Positions 13,401 through 28,200 of a stretch of DNA of 64,000 nt are shown here, piece after piece. This DNA is from Paragordius varius (lineage: Eukaryota; Animalia; Nematomorpha). The stretch is from assembly GCA_964247055.1 (NCBI GenBank), contig OZ176052.1:7130001-7194000 (forward strand). The letters are read 5' to 3'. The notes under the pieces are model-generated. The model saw only the letters and a list, made by a program, of their open reading frames with translations. It had not been told where the DNA came from and made no database searches. The position numbers and the translations under genes are program-made. Every line of letters begins with the position of its first letter. Within the stretch, counting starts at the first letter, position 1.

Positions 13401-16400
13401 GATATGGGCTAAGCATGACATTCATAAATGATAAAGTCGGTTCAAATGGATATGGTTCACCTATTTATTCAAAACATTAATATAAATATTTTTACAAACT
13501 AAAATAACAAAAATTAAATTAAATACATAAGAAATTAGAGTCATTTATTATAATTTTTATTTGATTACCATTGATATTTTATAAAAATCAAGATATAATT
13601 AATATGGTCACAAAAACAATCATATTTTTGATAATTTCTAAGTGTAAAAAAATACTAATATCTGTATCATGGGAACCATTTAGAAAGAGATAGAGCATTA
13701 GTAAAGATGCGATAACAGAATCATTTTCGGGTCCCATATGACATTGAAAATTTTTGAAAGCCACAAAAATTAGTCGATCAAAGAAGACAGCTAAGCTATG
13801 TGGTTGTTCCAACAATGATAAGATATCCGCAAATGTATATAACATCTATGGCAAAAAATGTGATAATTTTACATTTGATTTATAAAATATAATTTTAAAA
13901 GGCAATTATACATCGATTTGATTTTGAAGAGTTGATGAAACATTTTCCTCATTTTTCCTAAAATCTTTATCGGCACATGTGGCATGCAAATAAGCAAAAA
14001 CGTCAATATTTGGCACCATAAAACTAATCGCCTATAATTGAATATTGTTAATGCATAATTCATAGAACGTGAAATTTAATAACAAATTAAATTTTAGATA
14101 TTCTTTAAACTTAAGAAAAATTACAAGTATTGTGGCAAAGATAAGATTATATAACAAATTAGAAATTTTCTAGTTATTGTAAAAAGGTTACTTGTTGAAT
14201 TTTGGGCAACAAAGTGTCAGAATATTTGTCCAAAGAACCCTGACTTGAAAATGATATAAGTTGATAAAGATATTTTGTTTGATTTCCAATCTTTTGATTA
14301 GCCGATTCAAGCTGTATAATTAGTTAATAATTAATAAATAATAATACGATAAGTTTTAATTCAAAGGTGACCCACACGCAGCTTTTTTGAGACTTTGTGT
14401 GCGGCCTGCGAAACATTTGTTAATCATAATTTGTAAAACCCCATGTTCATAAAATCTTGCTACAATTCATATTCGTTAGTCAATTTTTTTCTAAATATGT
14501 CTATCCAAATAGCAAGAAAAAGAAAAATCGTTATATTCCGTTTTCTTTTTGAAGTCATATGTTTGAAATCTAATAAATATTTATGAATGCCCATATATAT
14601 TTTGAATGCGGCCCGTTGTAGTTTTTAGGCTTTGTGTTGGAAAATCCCTGTTTTAATTATAAAATTAATAAAATACTTTGGGAATAATATATGGTAAAAT
14701 GGCACGACTCTTAACTTCCATCAATTCTTTCAAGCCTTCTAATGCAGTGTTTTCCACATACTTATCAGGTTCGGCATGCATCAAACTATTTTGTCGATCC
14801 TAAGATTAATAATCATACATGTGTGTAAAATTAAGAAAATTAAATTTCAGCATGGGTTTATTATAATAATACAAGAACATCACTATAAAAAATAATATTT
14901 TACCTATAAAAATACTAATTCTATAAATCAATATTAATGTGTCTATGAGAACGATTCATATATAAAAGTGTAAATAATTCTTTTTTAAAAAACCTAATAG
15001 TATTTGTAAAAATATTTTTTGCCTTAACTCACCAATTCTTTAATAAGTGATGGTATGATATTTTCCAAAGCAGATGATCCACAAAGGGAATGATATTTGT
15101 CAAAAACCCGGAGACCGACACACCGCATTTCATACGATTCATGGTAAAGACAACGCAGGATTATATAATTCAATGGCTCAGCATACATAATAATCTAACA
15201 CATTAATATTATATGAAAGACAAATTTTAAAGGAACACTAAAATGTTATTTTATATATTCTAATAAAACAATTACAATTAACAAATTTAAAATTTGATAC
15301 ATCATTAAAAATATAACTAGAAAAGCACAGAATAGAATTGCTGAAAAACATTAATTTTTGTAAGTATAACTATGAATCACTGGATTAGTTTCACAAATTA
15401 AATAAAATATTTATTTGAACCTATATTTTAAACACATTTCATGATTTCAAGCAGTTGGAATTTATTTCAAATTTAGAATTTAAAAAATGTTAACCATTTC
15501 TTTGCTACTATTAGCCATGATATATTGAATGGCCAGGCAGCATCCTTGCTGCAACATAATACGCGTTTCATCTATCGATTCATGTAACGATTCTTCTGTG
15601 GAAGAAAAATTGCTAACTGATTCGCTTTCTATTGTATCGTCGTTATTTTCTTCGCTTAATTTGTCGTCCTCAAAATTGTACAAATCATCTTCTAACGTAT
15701 AAATTTATACATTCAAAGTCAGTTTTCGTAAAATAACATGGACAAAAAGTCATAAAATTTACAAATATTGTCATCTATTTTTTTAAAACAAAAAAATCTG
15801 GATCAAAAAGTTTTTTCCATATTTAATATGAAAAAATGAATAAAAACGGATATGTTGACCCTAAAAACATGTATGTAGCTTTCAATTTAATTAATTTATG
15901 AAATATTTAAGATTATGGGGATGAAAATAAAATATATCATAGATACAATTAATATTTTACAATATATTTTTAAAGGTTTTTTATTATTTTAAATTTATTA
16001 ATATATAATTTGGGCAAAGAAAATAGTTGAAATATAGCTATAGTTATAAATTAGTATTGATTGGTAAAGTCAGATAAATACATGTGTATAAAAACGGTAA
16101 ACTCACAAAAATAGTCCGCACAAAAAAAGATGTTTTGCTGTAATATGAAAATTTTAGCTGCAAACCTGCATTTTTTATGGTTGGAACGTTTGTATCTAAA
16201 GTTGTAGGCAAAAGGTTTTCGGCTTCATCGTACACAGTTTTCAGTTTTAACAAAATTTCTGGTAAAACACCCTCCATTTTTTTGACTATACTACCCAATG
16301 AATTTCCTGCCATCTAAAAGGTATTTTCGAAAAATGAATAATTGCCGCATAAATAAACGTAACTAACCAGAAAAATCAATATTTAAACCATAATAATAGA

Positions 16401-19400
16401 TTATAAATGTTTTTTGAATAAAACAATGATAGATGTAAATTGTGCCTTAACTATATTTTTTTTACTCTAAAATATATCACAGACTCTCTGACTTCGCCAA
16501 AACAAAATATATATGCAAATTGTGATTCTGGACTCATGAAAGGGGTTTTAGCACTCGTCCGCTCAGGGCTGATAATGATGTTAAAAAATGTTTGGTAATT
16601 AAACCGGAAAACAAAAATATATTGTCATAGCAGATATTCAGATATAAAAGTGGTTAAATCGTAGAATATTTTCGTTTTCCAATATATGCAATTTGACCCC
16701 ACTTAAATTTACAAAAAAAGAATACTGTTAAATAATTAACAAAAAAGATATACCATAGCTAATTCTTGATCTTTATCGGATGAAGGCTTATTATGAGCAA
16801 TACTATGAACCTCACTATTTGTGTCCTCCTCATCATCGCTAATACCCTCGTCGCCATGATAATCAGTGCTCACATTTACAGTTGATAAACTCAAATGGGC
16901 CAAAATCACAGGGAAAAGAACTGGCAAGATGAGTTTTAAGGCTTTAACTGTATTGGCAACCACAATCTTCCAAACGTGAAGGGCCGCCCCACGAATCTCA
17001 TCATGTATGATATCATTTGAACATAAGTAAAGGCCAGCCAAAATGACTTTGAATGAATCTTGTCCCAAGGCTTCGGAAATGACCTTTATATAAATAAAAG
17101 CAGCATTGGAAAAATATTTCAAATTTTTAGGGTCATAAAAAATTAGAAGTTTGAAATCTATTCAATAGAGAACATGGATTAACTTATTTTTGTATAACCA
17201 GAACTAAACCACTATTTTTTATTTAAAAAAACCATTTTACCAAAAATACTCTATGAATCCTAAATTTTTATAAAACATTAACTTATTAATTAACATTAAG
17301 ATCTATTTAGTTTAAATCCGAAATTTCTTATTTTCAGTTAAAAAGACAATAAAATGATTTATATATTATGTTATTGTGTGGCTTATATGTTAAAGTAATG
17401 TTATTGTGGATATTGATTATGATTCTATCACAAACTAGGTATAAATTATAAATGATGGAATTGACATCAAATTGTTTTAAACAAAAAACAATGGAACAGG
17501 AACCAAATGTTCAGGAATAAATTAACGTTTTTTAGGAATCGCATTCATGAAAAAATAATTTTTGTGAGACAAATAAATAAATTTGGCAGTTCCGGTTAAT
17601 CGACATAAACCAAAAAATATTGGAATTAAACTAAATAAACATACCTTTTGAGCGTTATCACTAGCAAAGGTATCATCATTATCCATAGTTAAAGTTGTCA
17701 TTTTCCCAGACACCCCTAAAAAACAAATGGGATATATATAGCATCTTGCTAACCTTTAAAATCCCTAATTAACAAAAAAATCATAAAGAGAAAACATAAA
17801 AACGAAAAAAATCTAATATATATCTTATCCATTTACAAAAGATGTAGATATAAACTAAGCATTATAATATATAAAAAATAAAGTTTAAGATATTCTTTAT
17901 GAGAAAAACTATATTTATTTTGGTTTTTTCGCATTTCGTCATTATAATTTTAATTTTAACCTGAATTAAACCAACTTAAAAATTGAATATGATATTACCA
18001 GAGAGTTTGAACATTAGTTCACTGATAATTTGCAAACAACTGTAACGTATCCGCCATCCATGTATAACATCGACTTGAGATTGGTGAGTTGAATTGTCTA
18101 AATATGATTTTTCTCCTATTTGATCGATGGTTGGATTAGTGTCATCCTCGGATATGGTTACAAGCGATACATTATCGAAATTAAGGAGGTGTCTATCAAA
18201 AATTTTGAAATATTTATTCAAATATGTGACTAAACCAAATATTTTAATGTAAAAAATATATAACTCTAAACCTTAAATTGAGATATTTCAATGAATCTGT
18301 ATCAAGATTCAATAGTCCCAATTCAATCTGAGGTAAAAACGATTTGGAAACAACATCGATTGAAAATGTGTTTATAATATTTTTCCCAGCTTTAATGGCA
18401 GTTTCCCGCACAAATTCCGATTCATCTGCTAAACCCTAAAAGATAATAAATTTATATTACTAAATAAAAATTAAAATTACACGGCAAAAAGTAAAAACAT
18501 AAAGACAAATATTTTCTTTTCAAACTAATTTTTTCCACATAAACTATAAATTTACAATTTGAAATATATATTTAGTGAGTTATCGATTTGCATTTCTATT
18601 CTCATATCTCCAATCCAAAAATGATTAGTTAAATTTTAAAAAAACCAAGTTTAAAATATGGTTGTATGTTGAAAAAAAACATCAGTGCTATATTTTTACA
18701 TTTCGCCTGGCAAATAATTTATACTGTAAATGGGAAACGAAATTTAATACAATATATAAAATTACCATTAAAAGGGTCGGTACTATCCGATCAATAATGG
18801 GTATAAAAGTGTTTCCAAATACAGTAGGGAGATATATGAATAACATGAGATAACCATCTTTTACGAATGGTGTAACGGTGCGTTGTTTCAACGTATATAT
18901 TATGTCATTAGTTAAGCTTTGTAGTTTGGCATATCCTAATTTGTGGATCACAACACTCATACCTAAACAAAGTTTTTAAGAAATTTACCTTATATTATAA
19001 CTCTAATCCCCTCATTATCGACATAATAATTTTAAGATAATTTATTTTTTCAATTTTTGTGAAAAAATAAAATTCAATAATATTCCACATTAATTATAGT
19101 AATAAAAATATATTTGAGTTTGTGGATGTAATTTGTAGATTGTTTAAAACTTTTACAGGATTAAATTCAAAAAAAGTATGATATAGCTTTTTTTAGCCAT
19201 GATTTCAAGTAGGAAAATAATGATGCCTGCTATTACTTTAGTGAGATACCTCAAAATTATTTCCTTTAAGATTTCCAATTTATATTCCTTGTAAAAATAA
19301 AGTATTACCCTGCGCAGCTCCAGATCGATTAACGCTAGAAACGTCGGAGATAAGAGTTGCCATAAGCCATTCCAATAGTTCTTTTTGCAAATCTTTTATA

Positions 19401-22400
19401 CTTTCAAGGGATTCCGAATTTATATCTAATAATAATCGGTGCAAAGTAAAAAAAGTTACTATTTGGTAAAATTTCAAAAACTATTCCGTAAAATGTGTGC
19501 GATAAAATCCATTTTTTTGACAAAGAGTCGCAATTTAAAAAGTAAAAGTCTCCCATATTTATATAACCTAGATATTTCCAAAAAAATGTATGATTAATAG
19601 TATATAAGTTTAAAAGACCCTAAACATTCGATTTCAAAAACTCTGAAAAATTATTGATCCTAAAAATTACGGAGCTAAAAATATAATATTTCAATTTTTA
19701 AATGATGGTTTGTTATTAAAAAACTTTCAATTTCCAAACCTTACTCTATGTCGATATTTAAAAATGTTTTATCCAAATAAATTTAAAAGCATACCCGTCG
19801 ATTTTTTTATGTTAATAAGGATTGAGACTAAATTTCCTAGGGCATAGGCAGCTTGATTCCTTACCTCAGGTAAAGGATCTATTATGACTAATTTTAATGT
19901 TCGTGCCATGTCTTCCAGGTAAGGATATATATCCTAAATTAAACCATAAATTAGATATTTAATGTATGCGATTGGCAATAAATTAATATAATATGGTCCA
20001 AGCTGTATCGCAAAATACTGAAATGATTAATAAAAAGGTGCTTTTCAGCAATTAAACTAATAACCATATAAAATAGGTTTTTTCAGCATATTTTATCAGT
20101 ACTGAAGTTTATTTTTGGAAGTCGGAACTCCATTTATGGCATGTAATAAGGAATAATTTCATTTCAATCTTTCTATCCCTATGACTTAAAAATTATTATG
20201 ATTAAAAATGCTTTAAAATAAATCACAATGACGTTACTAAATACCCATAAATGTAGTATTCATTATGGCGCTTTATATATTAAATTTCATTAATAAACTA
20301 TAATCCTCTTGGGCAGTTTACATAATTTAAAAAGACAAAACACATTTTATCTCTTTATCATTCCTAACAGTTACATTTAAACAAAAACCTAATATTTATT
20401 AAATATAATATTTCAAAAACCTGAAAAACTAAAAATTTTACCTTTTGTGAGGCATGATGACTAAATATATTGCTAAGTGCTGTGAGAGCTAACCTACGAC
20501 ATTCGCTATTACGGTCATTCATTGCACGTTTAATGACAGGCATAATGAGTGCCAATAAACCAGCATCAATGCAAGAGGGGATGGCCAATACCTTTGACTC
20601 TGCAAATAGAAATAAAGAAAATCTTAGAAAAATTAATAATATGCAAGATAAGTCAAAGTGTGGTAAATAACTTTTTATTCAAAATAGGATTTAAGATATA
20701 TTCATTATTAAAGTTAAGATATTTAAGAGTTTTTATATAATCTATATTTTATATGCTACTAAACACGATAATTGTAAAGCGATTATATTGAAGTGGTATA
20801 CATTAAATTAAAATTCAGTATAACTCAAACCAAACGATATTTGAGATAATAAAAGTTTTTAATTTAACTTGCATTCTAAACGCTTATAAAAATTTGGCTC
20901 ATTTAAGGCATTTATATTAATAAAAAAAGAAAAAAGGGGGTAACCTAATAAATTTTTTAGACATCCCAACATTTTAGTATCGGGAAAACTCATGGCTCCA
21001 ATCAAATCATCTAACAAAGCCAACTTAATCTTTTTCAATTCATCAATATTTAGATCATTGGTGACATTTGTTTTAAGCGTTTGTTTTGAGTCCTTTTCTG
21101 TGCTATCCGCATCAGTATGTGATGTTGGTATCGTAACATTAGAGGAAGAAATAAATGTTGTTGAGATATGTTTAATTGCTTTGCGACTTTCATCACGTAT
21201 TTTATCGTGAGAATCACACAACTTTTCCACCAAATGCGACATAACAATGGGTAAAACGGTATAAATTGTTAAATTTTCTATCATTCAAAAAATGTATATT
21301 TATTTAAAATTAATATTGTAAAAAAATTAATTTCAAAATAGTATACTAAACCGGTGTCTGTATTATTAGTTTCGGGTAATACTGTGGAACTGAGCATTTG
21401 AATGGCAGCTGAAAATATATAAAACTTTATGTAATATAGAAAAGAACAATAATTCTAAATCTATTTCTTTACAATCAGGTGCTAAGACGGTTATGCAAAT
21501 TAATAGATCATGAAAGTCTAATGGTTAAATTGACGAAAACCGTCTATTTTACAGTATTCATGTATAAGACTTGTATTTAGATTTTTTTGTTGAGACTGTA
21601 AACTTATGCAAATATTTAATTTTCTACTCAAACATAGAATTATATAGAGGCAAAATTTTGTTTTTATTGTTGTTAATTTTTACCTGTATCTTAAATTATA
21701 TTTTATATAACCTAAATCGTTAACAAAAAAATTATTTTATTTAAAATTACATTAAAGTTAAAGTGCACAATAATTTTACTAAGCTAAAACAATTTGATAT
21801 TTTATCGAATCATTATAACAATTGCGGCGGCAAATATGAAAGGATAAGATTTAATGTATGTATAAAGTAGTTGTTTAGCATTTTCAAAGAGTCGCGACTC
21901 AAAAAGTTTGTCATTTTGTAGAGATCAATAATATTTCTATCTAAAAGCTAATATAATTAGGGTGTTAAAAATCTATAAATATGGTTAACTAAGGAAAAAA
22001 TTGACTTTTTAATTCAAGATCTTTATATAATAAAAAAGTTTGACTTTTACACATTTTACGTAGACGTATGTTTTTTTACAATTTACTGTATAAAATATAA
22101 AATCAAACCAAAACTATTCATGGTGAACAACAGATTGATAAGGTTTTGTATTAACAATTCTTAAATCCGTGTATAATTATATAAACCCAAACTTGAAAAT
22201 TATTTAAAATATTATGAAAATTAAATTGAAAACTAAATTTTAAAATTTACACGGAAAATACTGATAGATATACGAAACCCTTCGTCAATGATAATCGCAG
22301 ACTAGTTTCGTGCTTTTAAGCACTCATTAGTATTTTCAGTTTAAATTCAATTTAATTTACGTATCGTTTTAAGTTTTTTCGTTAATATCACTTGAATTAC

Positions 22401-25241
22401 GGATTAAACTGTTAAAAAAACCTATTTGAGTTCTCCATGCAGCTTGTGCGTTAGATAAAGCTTCTACCAAGGTCGGAATGATGCTTTGCGTGAGTTCCAT
22501 AGTTTTAGACATGGCACCAAAGGTATCAGATGCGGCTTGTCGTACTGCACTAGCAGTATCATTCCCATAACTGTACATAAGTAGGACCGGCAATAACTTT
22601 TCCAAAAGATGGCGTTTTAATTCAACTATCTGTTCACACTTGAGTGTTAATGGCTCTGTTGTAAAATAATCGTGAAATTTTGGATAAGTAAAATAATCTA
22701 AATAGCTTAAGGGTTATTTTTATGAATAAAAGGACTATGGTGTAACAAAGTGTATAGAAAAGAAGGATGAATATGTTATAAAATAATTCTGTGTATTAGT
22801 TAAAGTAAACGGTATGAACGATGACCAAAGATAAGGGAAAATATATAAAATGTTTAAAACAATAAGGTTAAAATAAGAAGTGTCAAAAATAAAATTTTGA
22901 TTTTCGAGGAGATTCAAATGGGTGCACAAAGTAATGAAACAGGTTGTCAAAATTGATTTACATACGACAAACAAAGATATAAACCCGATACTCTGTGGAC
23001 TCGTTTAATATCCGGAAAATATTATAAAAATTAAACCTATATTTATTTACCGTTTTTGTGGGACATGGGATCAATAAAAACATTATTTTCAATGTTGAAG
23101 ATAAGTGCTGTTATTGCTTGCAACATAAAGAGAGATCCTAAAAAAAATAGTTTGAAGAATATGGTAAAAAATTATTATTTTTAAATAAACAAATAGATAT
23201 ACCTTCACGTTTGTATACCGACTTTTTATCCGTATTTTGTTTTAATGTTTCATTGAGTTCTTTAATCAAATGATCGAAACTTTCAATAAATTTATTTGTA
23301 TGTGTGGCATCCGTATTATCATGCGCATATTCAAAAACAATTTTGTCATCCAAAGCAAAATTTTGAAATGAAAACCAAATAGCTGCCATTACATATGCGC
23401 TAGCTTTTCGCTCGCAAAGTGAGCTTTTTAAGGCTAAATATAAAATATTTTATATTAATATTATTCGTAAAGCTTTATCATAGTTTGATAAGTAGACGCT
23501 AATAAAATGTGAACATATACATTTATATACTATTTCCAAATATCTAAAAAATATAATTTAGAAGCTATTTATAAAAAGCAAACTACTATCAACTTGCTTC
23601 TTGACCAAAAATATCAATTAAATACTAGTATTTATACATATATATATATATATATATATATAAAATTCAAAATTGGAAATCTTGATATGATAGGTATATA
23701 CGCTTACCCTATTATTTATCAATAAATTTTGATGGAAATGAAAAAATCTTTTATTAAAGTATTAAGATATTCTCAACTAACAAAAAATAGACCTTCTGTC
23801 GTCAATAAAGTGGTAGAATGTTTGAATTTTTCTTGCAAATTTTTTACCAAGACTGGTGTTAAATCGTTGGTTTTGATTGCACTTTTGATTAGGACATATA
23901 ATAGATATGATGTCATTTCTTGCACCTATTTGGTTGTTAAAAAAACTTTTGAATTATATATCCTTGATACATAATTGGATCTTTAATTTAAATAAACAAA
24001 AGTCCAATATTTATAAAAGAAAACAGTATAAACAATATCCCAATTAATAATAAAGAATTACGTGTTGAGATGGTATTTTAAAACTGTCGTCAATAATTTT
24101 CATGCATTCTGATCCAAAATTTCCATCTTTAAAAGCTGAAATAAAATTTTCATTGTTAAGAATATCAGATAATAGCAATAAGAGATCATATCTGGCAATA
24201 TCAGATTTATCATCTTTTGATAAACCGTTCAATTGTAGTAAAGTATTATTGAATAATACATTGAGTTGTTGAGATTTCTATAAATATGGTAAAAGAGATA
24301 AATTTTGATATATATATATATATTTACCAAGCATGTTTAAATTTAAATATTAAAAAAATGAAATGGATGCAATACAAGATAATAAATGTATATAACAGAG
24401 GTGTCCAACAGGCGACCCGCAAAAAATTTGGAAATTAAGAATTTGCAAAAAGTTTACAAAATCTTAGCAAATTTGATATTTCTTAAGAATTTTTTCTAAT
24501 AAAAAAATACTACATTGCGTTTGCATTTTGAAGTCTTATGTTTAAAATCTAATAAATTATTTAATGCCCATATATTTTCAAATGCGGTCCGCCGATTTTT
24601 TTGGTTTGTGTTAAAAACCTATGTTTTAAAACAAAGGAAAAAATAAATATCAATTATTATTTTATTTGGATTATAAAGGCAAACATGTTCATAATTTAAT
24701 AAAATACTATTAACTATTATAAGCAATTCTGTGTTTGTTTGTAATAATACCATTTTTACTCTAAAATTAGGCTGCCCGGCTATTTAAATATGACCACAAA
24801 ATAGCCGAAATTTGGAAAAAAATTCCAGGAAGTTTCAACCACAATCTAAAAAGCCCCATTTAATTACAGATTAGCGCGTATTAGGTAAAATTTTCAAAAT
24901 TAGTTATTTGATCTTTTTATATTATAAAATTTTCTAACCTCACTAGGTATTTTATTAACAATAGTTCGTGATATGCCAAGGGCTATAAATCTAACTGTAA
25001 AAACTGGGTCTTGTATAACGTGGCCAATACAAAAACCATATATATTATTTATATAGTTGATAATATATTCATTTGTTCCCATTATTAATAATGAGGCGTT
25101 TTTTTCAAAGATTGATTTCACTAATGTTTCTAGGCATTGAAGGACAAACATACGACTATATTGATAGGTTAGACTTAGGCTTTGAGCATCTTTTGCGGTG
25201 TGATAACGTTTTTGAAGTTTAGTGCATTCCTTTTCATATTC
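7402..25241 (-). CDS. GCN1: GCN1 (eIF2-alpha kinase GCN2 activator, HEAT-repeat protein): 3' block of 35 phase-consistent exons, 6924 nt = 2307 aa + stop
   Basis: Exons (minus strand): 24939-25241, 24062-24277, 23793-23925, 23203-23433, 23051-23137, 22422-22697, 21473-21517, 21352-21408, 20945-21277, 20442-20599, 19795-19933, 19309-19425, 18766-18962, 18272-18435, 17999-18192, 17645-17715, 16754-17083, 16166-16313, 15495-15691, 15033-15194, 14677-14799, 14192-14311, 13912-14031, 13656-13845, 13306-13460, 12723-13084, 12402-12642, 11880-12146, 11604-11700, 10477-10798, 9843-9976, 9233-9655, 8595-8761, 7828-8280, 7402-7593. All introns are GT-AG. Diagnostic GCN1 motifs occur in colinear order: IDAGLLALIMPVIKRA, DPLPEVRNQAAYALG, WLMATL..SSVNRSGAAQG, GLADESEFVRETAIKAG, WRIRYSCLQIISELMFKLSGVSGKMTT, LAGLYL..AALHVWKIVVANT, ALEGLKELMEVKSRAILPYIIPK, IIGPMLR, LKPFVPQLQ. 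A few individual boundaries (e.g. 13084/13306) are less certain. Confidence 0.92.
10265..10445. mobile_element. Hairpin MITE in a GCN1 intron (imperfect ~45-bp TIRs), with a related copy at ~49380-49510
   Basis: Left arm CATTATTGTTGGCCAATCGGTAATACAGTAG versus right arm reverse complement CATTTATGTTGGCCAATTGGCAACACAGTAT. The internal AATGTTGTAAGATAAGAAAAAAAT...TTTTTACCCATAC is shared with 49415-49470. Confidence 0.65.
10880..11000 (-). mobile_element. Degenerate tRNA-derived SINE-like relic in a GCN1 intron
   Basis: The minus strand reads TAGAATAGTAGATAG (A-box-like)...GTTCGAATCCC (B-box), and I could not fold it into an intact cloverleaf. The adjacent body CGCCGGCTCAAGGCTGACTATGAT recurs at ~16555-16578 (CGTCCGCTCAGGGCTGATAATGAT). 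Confidence 0.4.
14362..14650. mobile_element. Non-autonomous hAT (Buster/Charlie-like) MITE in a GCN1 intron
   Basis: Ends CAAAGGTGACCCACAC...GTGTTGGAAAATCCCTG with subterminal GCGGCC motifs; perfect 8-bp TSD TTTTAATT (14354-14361 / 14651-14658). The internal sequence matches 24520-24620. Confidence 0.75.
24396..24623. mobile_element. Buster/Charlie-like hAT MITE, same family as 14362-14650, older
   Basis: Starts CAGAGGTGTCCAACAGGCGACCCGC; the 3' half aligns with 14560-14650; the TSD is degraded. Confidence 0.65.
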
Positions 25242-28200
25242 CTAAATTAATGGATAAAATGCAAATCTAAAAAATTATATTCCACCATATCCTATTTTTT
25301 CAAACTAGATAATCCCAATCAAGGAAAAAATACACTATATAATATCCGCATCCTTTTATATGATAAACTTCTATTTAAAAAAAGGCAACACAAATTTATT
25401 AAAATGGTTGCAAAACAATTAATAATATCGTAAAGGTGTTTTGAAAAACTTCAAATACGATTTTTTAATGGTAAATGACGGATTAATTAGGTTTTGTAAT
25501 AACAGTTGTACAATCCGTAATATAATGATAATCGAAAATACAATAGGAAATTAATTTAAAGAAAATTATTAACAGAAATTATAAACGATATGTGAAACCC
25601 TTTCGTCAATAGTAATCGTAGACTAGTTTGGTGCTTGTTACTCATCAGTACGACACAACTATTTGACTTGGGGTTTTCACATATCGATTTCGTATATATA
25701 TCCAACTTTGCAATTTTGGTATGCAGTGTTATTACAATTATATAATTTTAGGCTCACTATGAAGAATCAAAAAACCCAAAAAATTTGTTTATAGAAATTT
25801 CAATTAAACTTTTAACAGTTGTTTCTTAAAAACAAAATCCATTTCAAAACCCGAAAAAGATATTTACTGTGTTTATTAAAAAAAGGTCATTTATACTGAG
25901 TACTATAGCATAGAAAAAAGCATAAATTTAATAGACTAAAGAAAACCATAATATTAGTTTCGTATAAGTGAGTTAGGGTTGTGAAAAAAAGCTCCATATC
26001 AAGAGTTGAAAGCTCCTTTATATTGATTGTGTTGTTATCATTTATTTTGGGTAAAATATCCAATGTAGTTTGATACCGTAAAGTAGGGATAACACAATAA
26101 GCCAGAGATGTTTGATATATGTTATGATTAGCATAGATCCGGTTAATACATGTTGGTTGAAGGATAATTTCGGTTTCAATTTCGGCCGGTATGTCCGTAT
26201 TTTGTGAATCAAGGTTAAAAATTAATCGAAGCAAGGAGGAAAAAAATGATTGGGACAATATGAATTGTTGTAAAACCATATTTTGAGAAACGGTATCATG
26301 CATTAATCTACAATATAGGTATTGGTATAAATAACGCATTTTAAAAATATTATAAAATATTTTAACGGTGATAAAATATCTATTATTAGTAGATTATATT
26401 CAAAATGTGGTAAAAATGCGATCAGCCTTTTAGCGGGTATCTTTTTTGTCTATTTTCCAAACATAATAATGCCGTTTGTAAAATTATTTTTAAACATAAT
26501 TTTGGTTCAGGTTCCATTGTTTTTAGATCAAATATTTCTAATCTTGGTTCCATTTTTTTAATTCACAAAATTAATAAGTCAAAAAAACATATAAACGTTC
26601 AAAATTTAATTAATGCAATTTTTCCCTGAATCTAAATTAATTTGCTTTCAAGATAACAAAAATACATATAAAATTTTTAAGATTAACATTGTGTTGAAAA
26701 AAAAGCGAGAAAAGACAATTATAAAGCGGTGTTCTCTTAAAACAGTTCCGTAATCGTTTTCAATTTTAGTTCCAAATCATATAGATTATTCACAAAAACG
26801 GTTCTGAATTACTGGGAATAAATATATATTTATGAACAAAAAAATCAACCCAAAATATTATTAACACATATTCATACTTTTTGGCTGCAACAGAGATTTG
26901 ATCATTAAGATTGGTGTTAAACATCAAAATCCAGGTCTTGAGTAAAATTGTTTTAGATATATTGGTAAACGCTATTTTTTCATGTCTTTTATTCCATAAT
27001 GTCCGTATGGCATACAAGGATAGAAGCTTGATGTTATCATTTTCATTCAGCATATACAAGCTACATATCTAATATAACCAATATTTTAAAATTTAGATAT
27101 GATGGAAATGTTAAAGAAAAGTCTCGTTCAAAAAAAATTAAAAATATTTATGTATAGAAGCGAATTTATGTTTATAATTGTAAGATAAAAATACGTTTAA
27201 AAATTGGGTATAATCATTGGATGAGAGTTGAAATTGTGTTGTTTCAAACCATTTTTCCAATGCTTGCATAAATTTATTGCATAGTTTTAGACTAATATCG
27301 GAGCAATCTGTAAAGATATATTTTTTCCTTAAATAACTATAATTTAAATATTGTGGATGTAATCTATATATTTATAAAAATGGAAAATGCTGGCTTTGTG
27401 ATCTGTTTCCGGAAAACCGGTGAACCCAATCAAATCCAATCGAAAAAAAATAATCATTAATAAATGTCCCGACAATAGCTTCGCCCTTTTTTTGAATTAG
27501 GCCCCCAGTTTGGGCCTACCCCGTGTAAAAAACAGGTTAAGACAATTTTCCGGATAACGTGTTGGACCATTCAATTTCAAATATGATTTTTGTCTTATTT
27601 TTGATTAGGCCGAACATAGTCGACTCACTTTGATTTAGGCCCTCTTTTTACCCGCTCCGCCCGTAAAATGCCATTTTTTTCAAAAAAACAAAATCCACAA
27701 AAATATTTTTTTAAATCTATTTTTCCCCCAAGTAAACAATATATTAGTATGAATGCACCGTTTTAAAATTCCTATGAAATCATATTTATATAATGTTTCG
27801 AAATAATCCACATATGTGGATCATTTTATTGTCCCTTATTTCAAATAGCCCCCCCCCCCCCCCCAGAAGTCCGAAGGCCTTCCTCGTGCTGCGTAGCAGC
27901 GCGAGATTTACACTAGTAATATAGTATGAAACTCCAAAAAAATTAATTCATATGATTTAATAAAATAAATTTGACTATATCAAACTAAATCTTAAAGATC
28001 TAAATTTTAACGGTAAAAAAACGTTCGCATAAAAAAATATCCATTTGTCTACTAGTAAACAACTTGATAATAACAAATTAATATATTATTATTAACGAAA
28101 CACTATTAAAATTTTGCAAATCCAAAAAAACTTAACATAAATTAATATGAGAAACTTTTTATAAAATTATTTATAATTCAAATATTACTTTGCACAAGGA

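Noticed and set aside
21409-21425. 17-nt candidate intron in GCN1 (also a 15-nt candidate at ~13131-13145 and an 18-nt one at ~1222-1239)
   Set aside because: Splicing them gives stops or is unnecessary; for 21409 a 64-nt intron (21409-21472) restores frame and homology.
25130-25153. 24-nt GT...AG segment (GTATGTTTGTCCTTCAATGCCTAG, minus strand) as another tiny GCN1 intron
   Set aside because: It is in frame and stop-free, and its translation (YSRMFVLQCLETL) fits the GCN1 helix WEARCGLALALNKL, so it is more likely coding. Only cDNA can exclude splicing.
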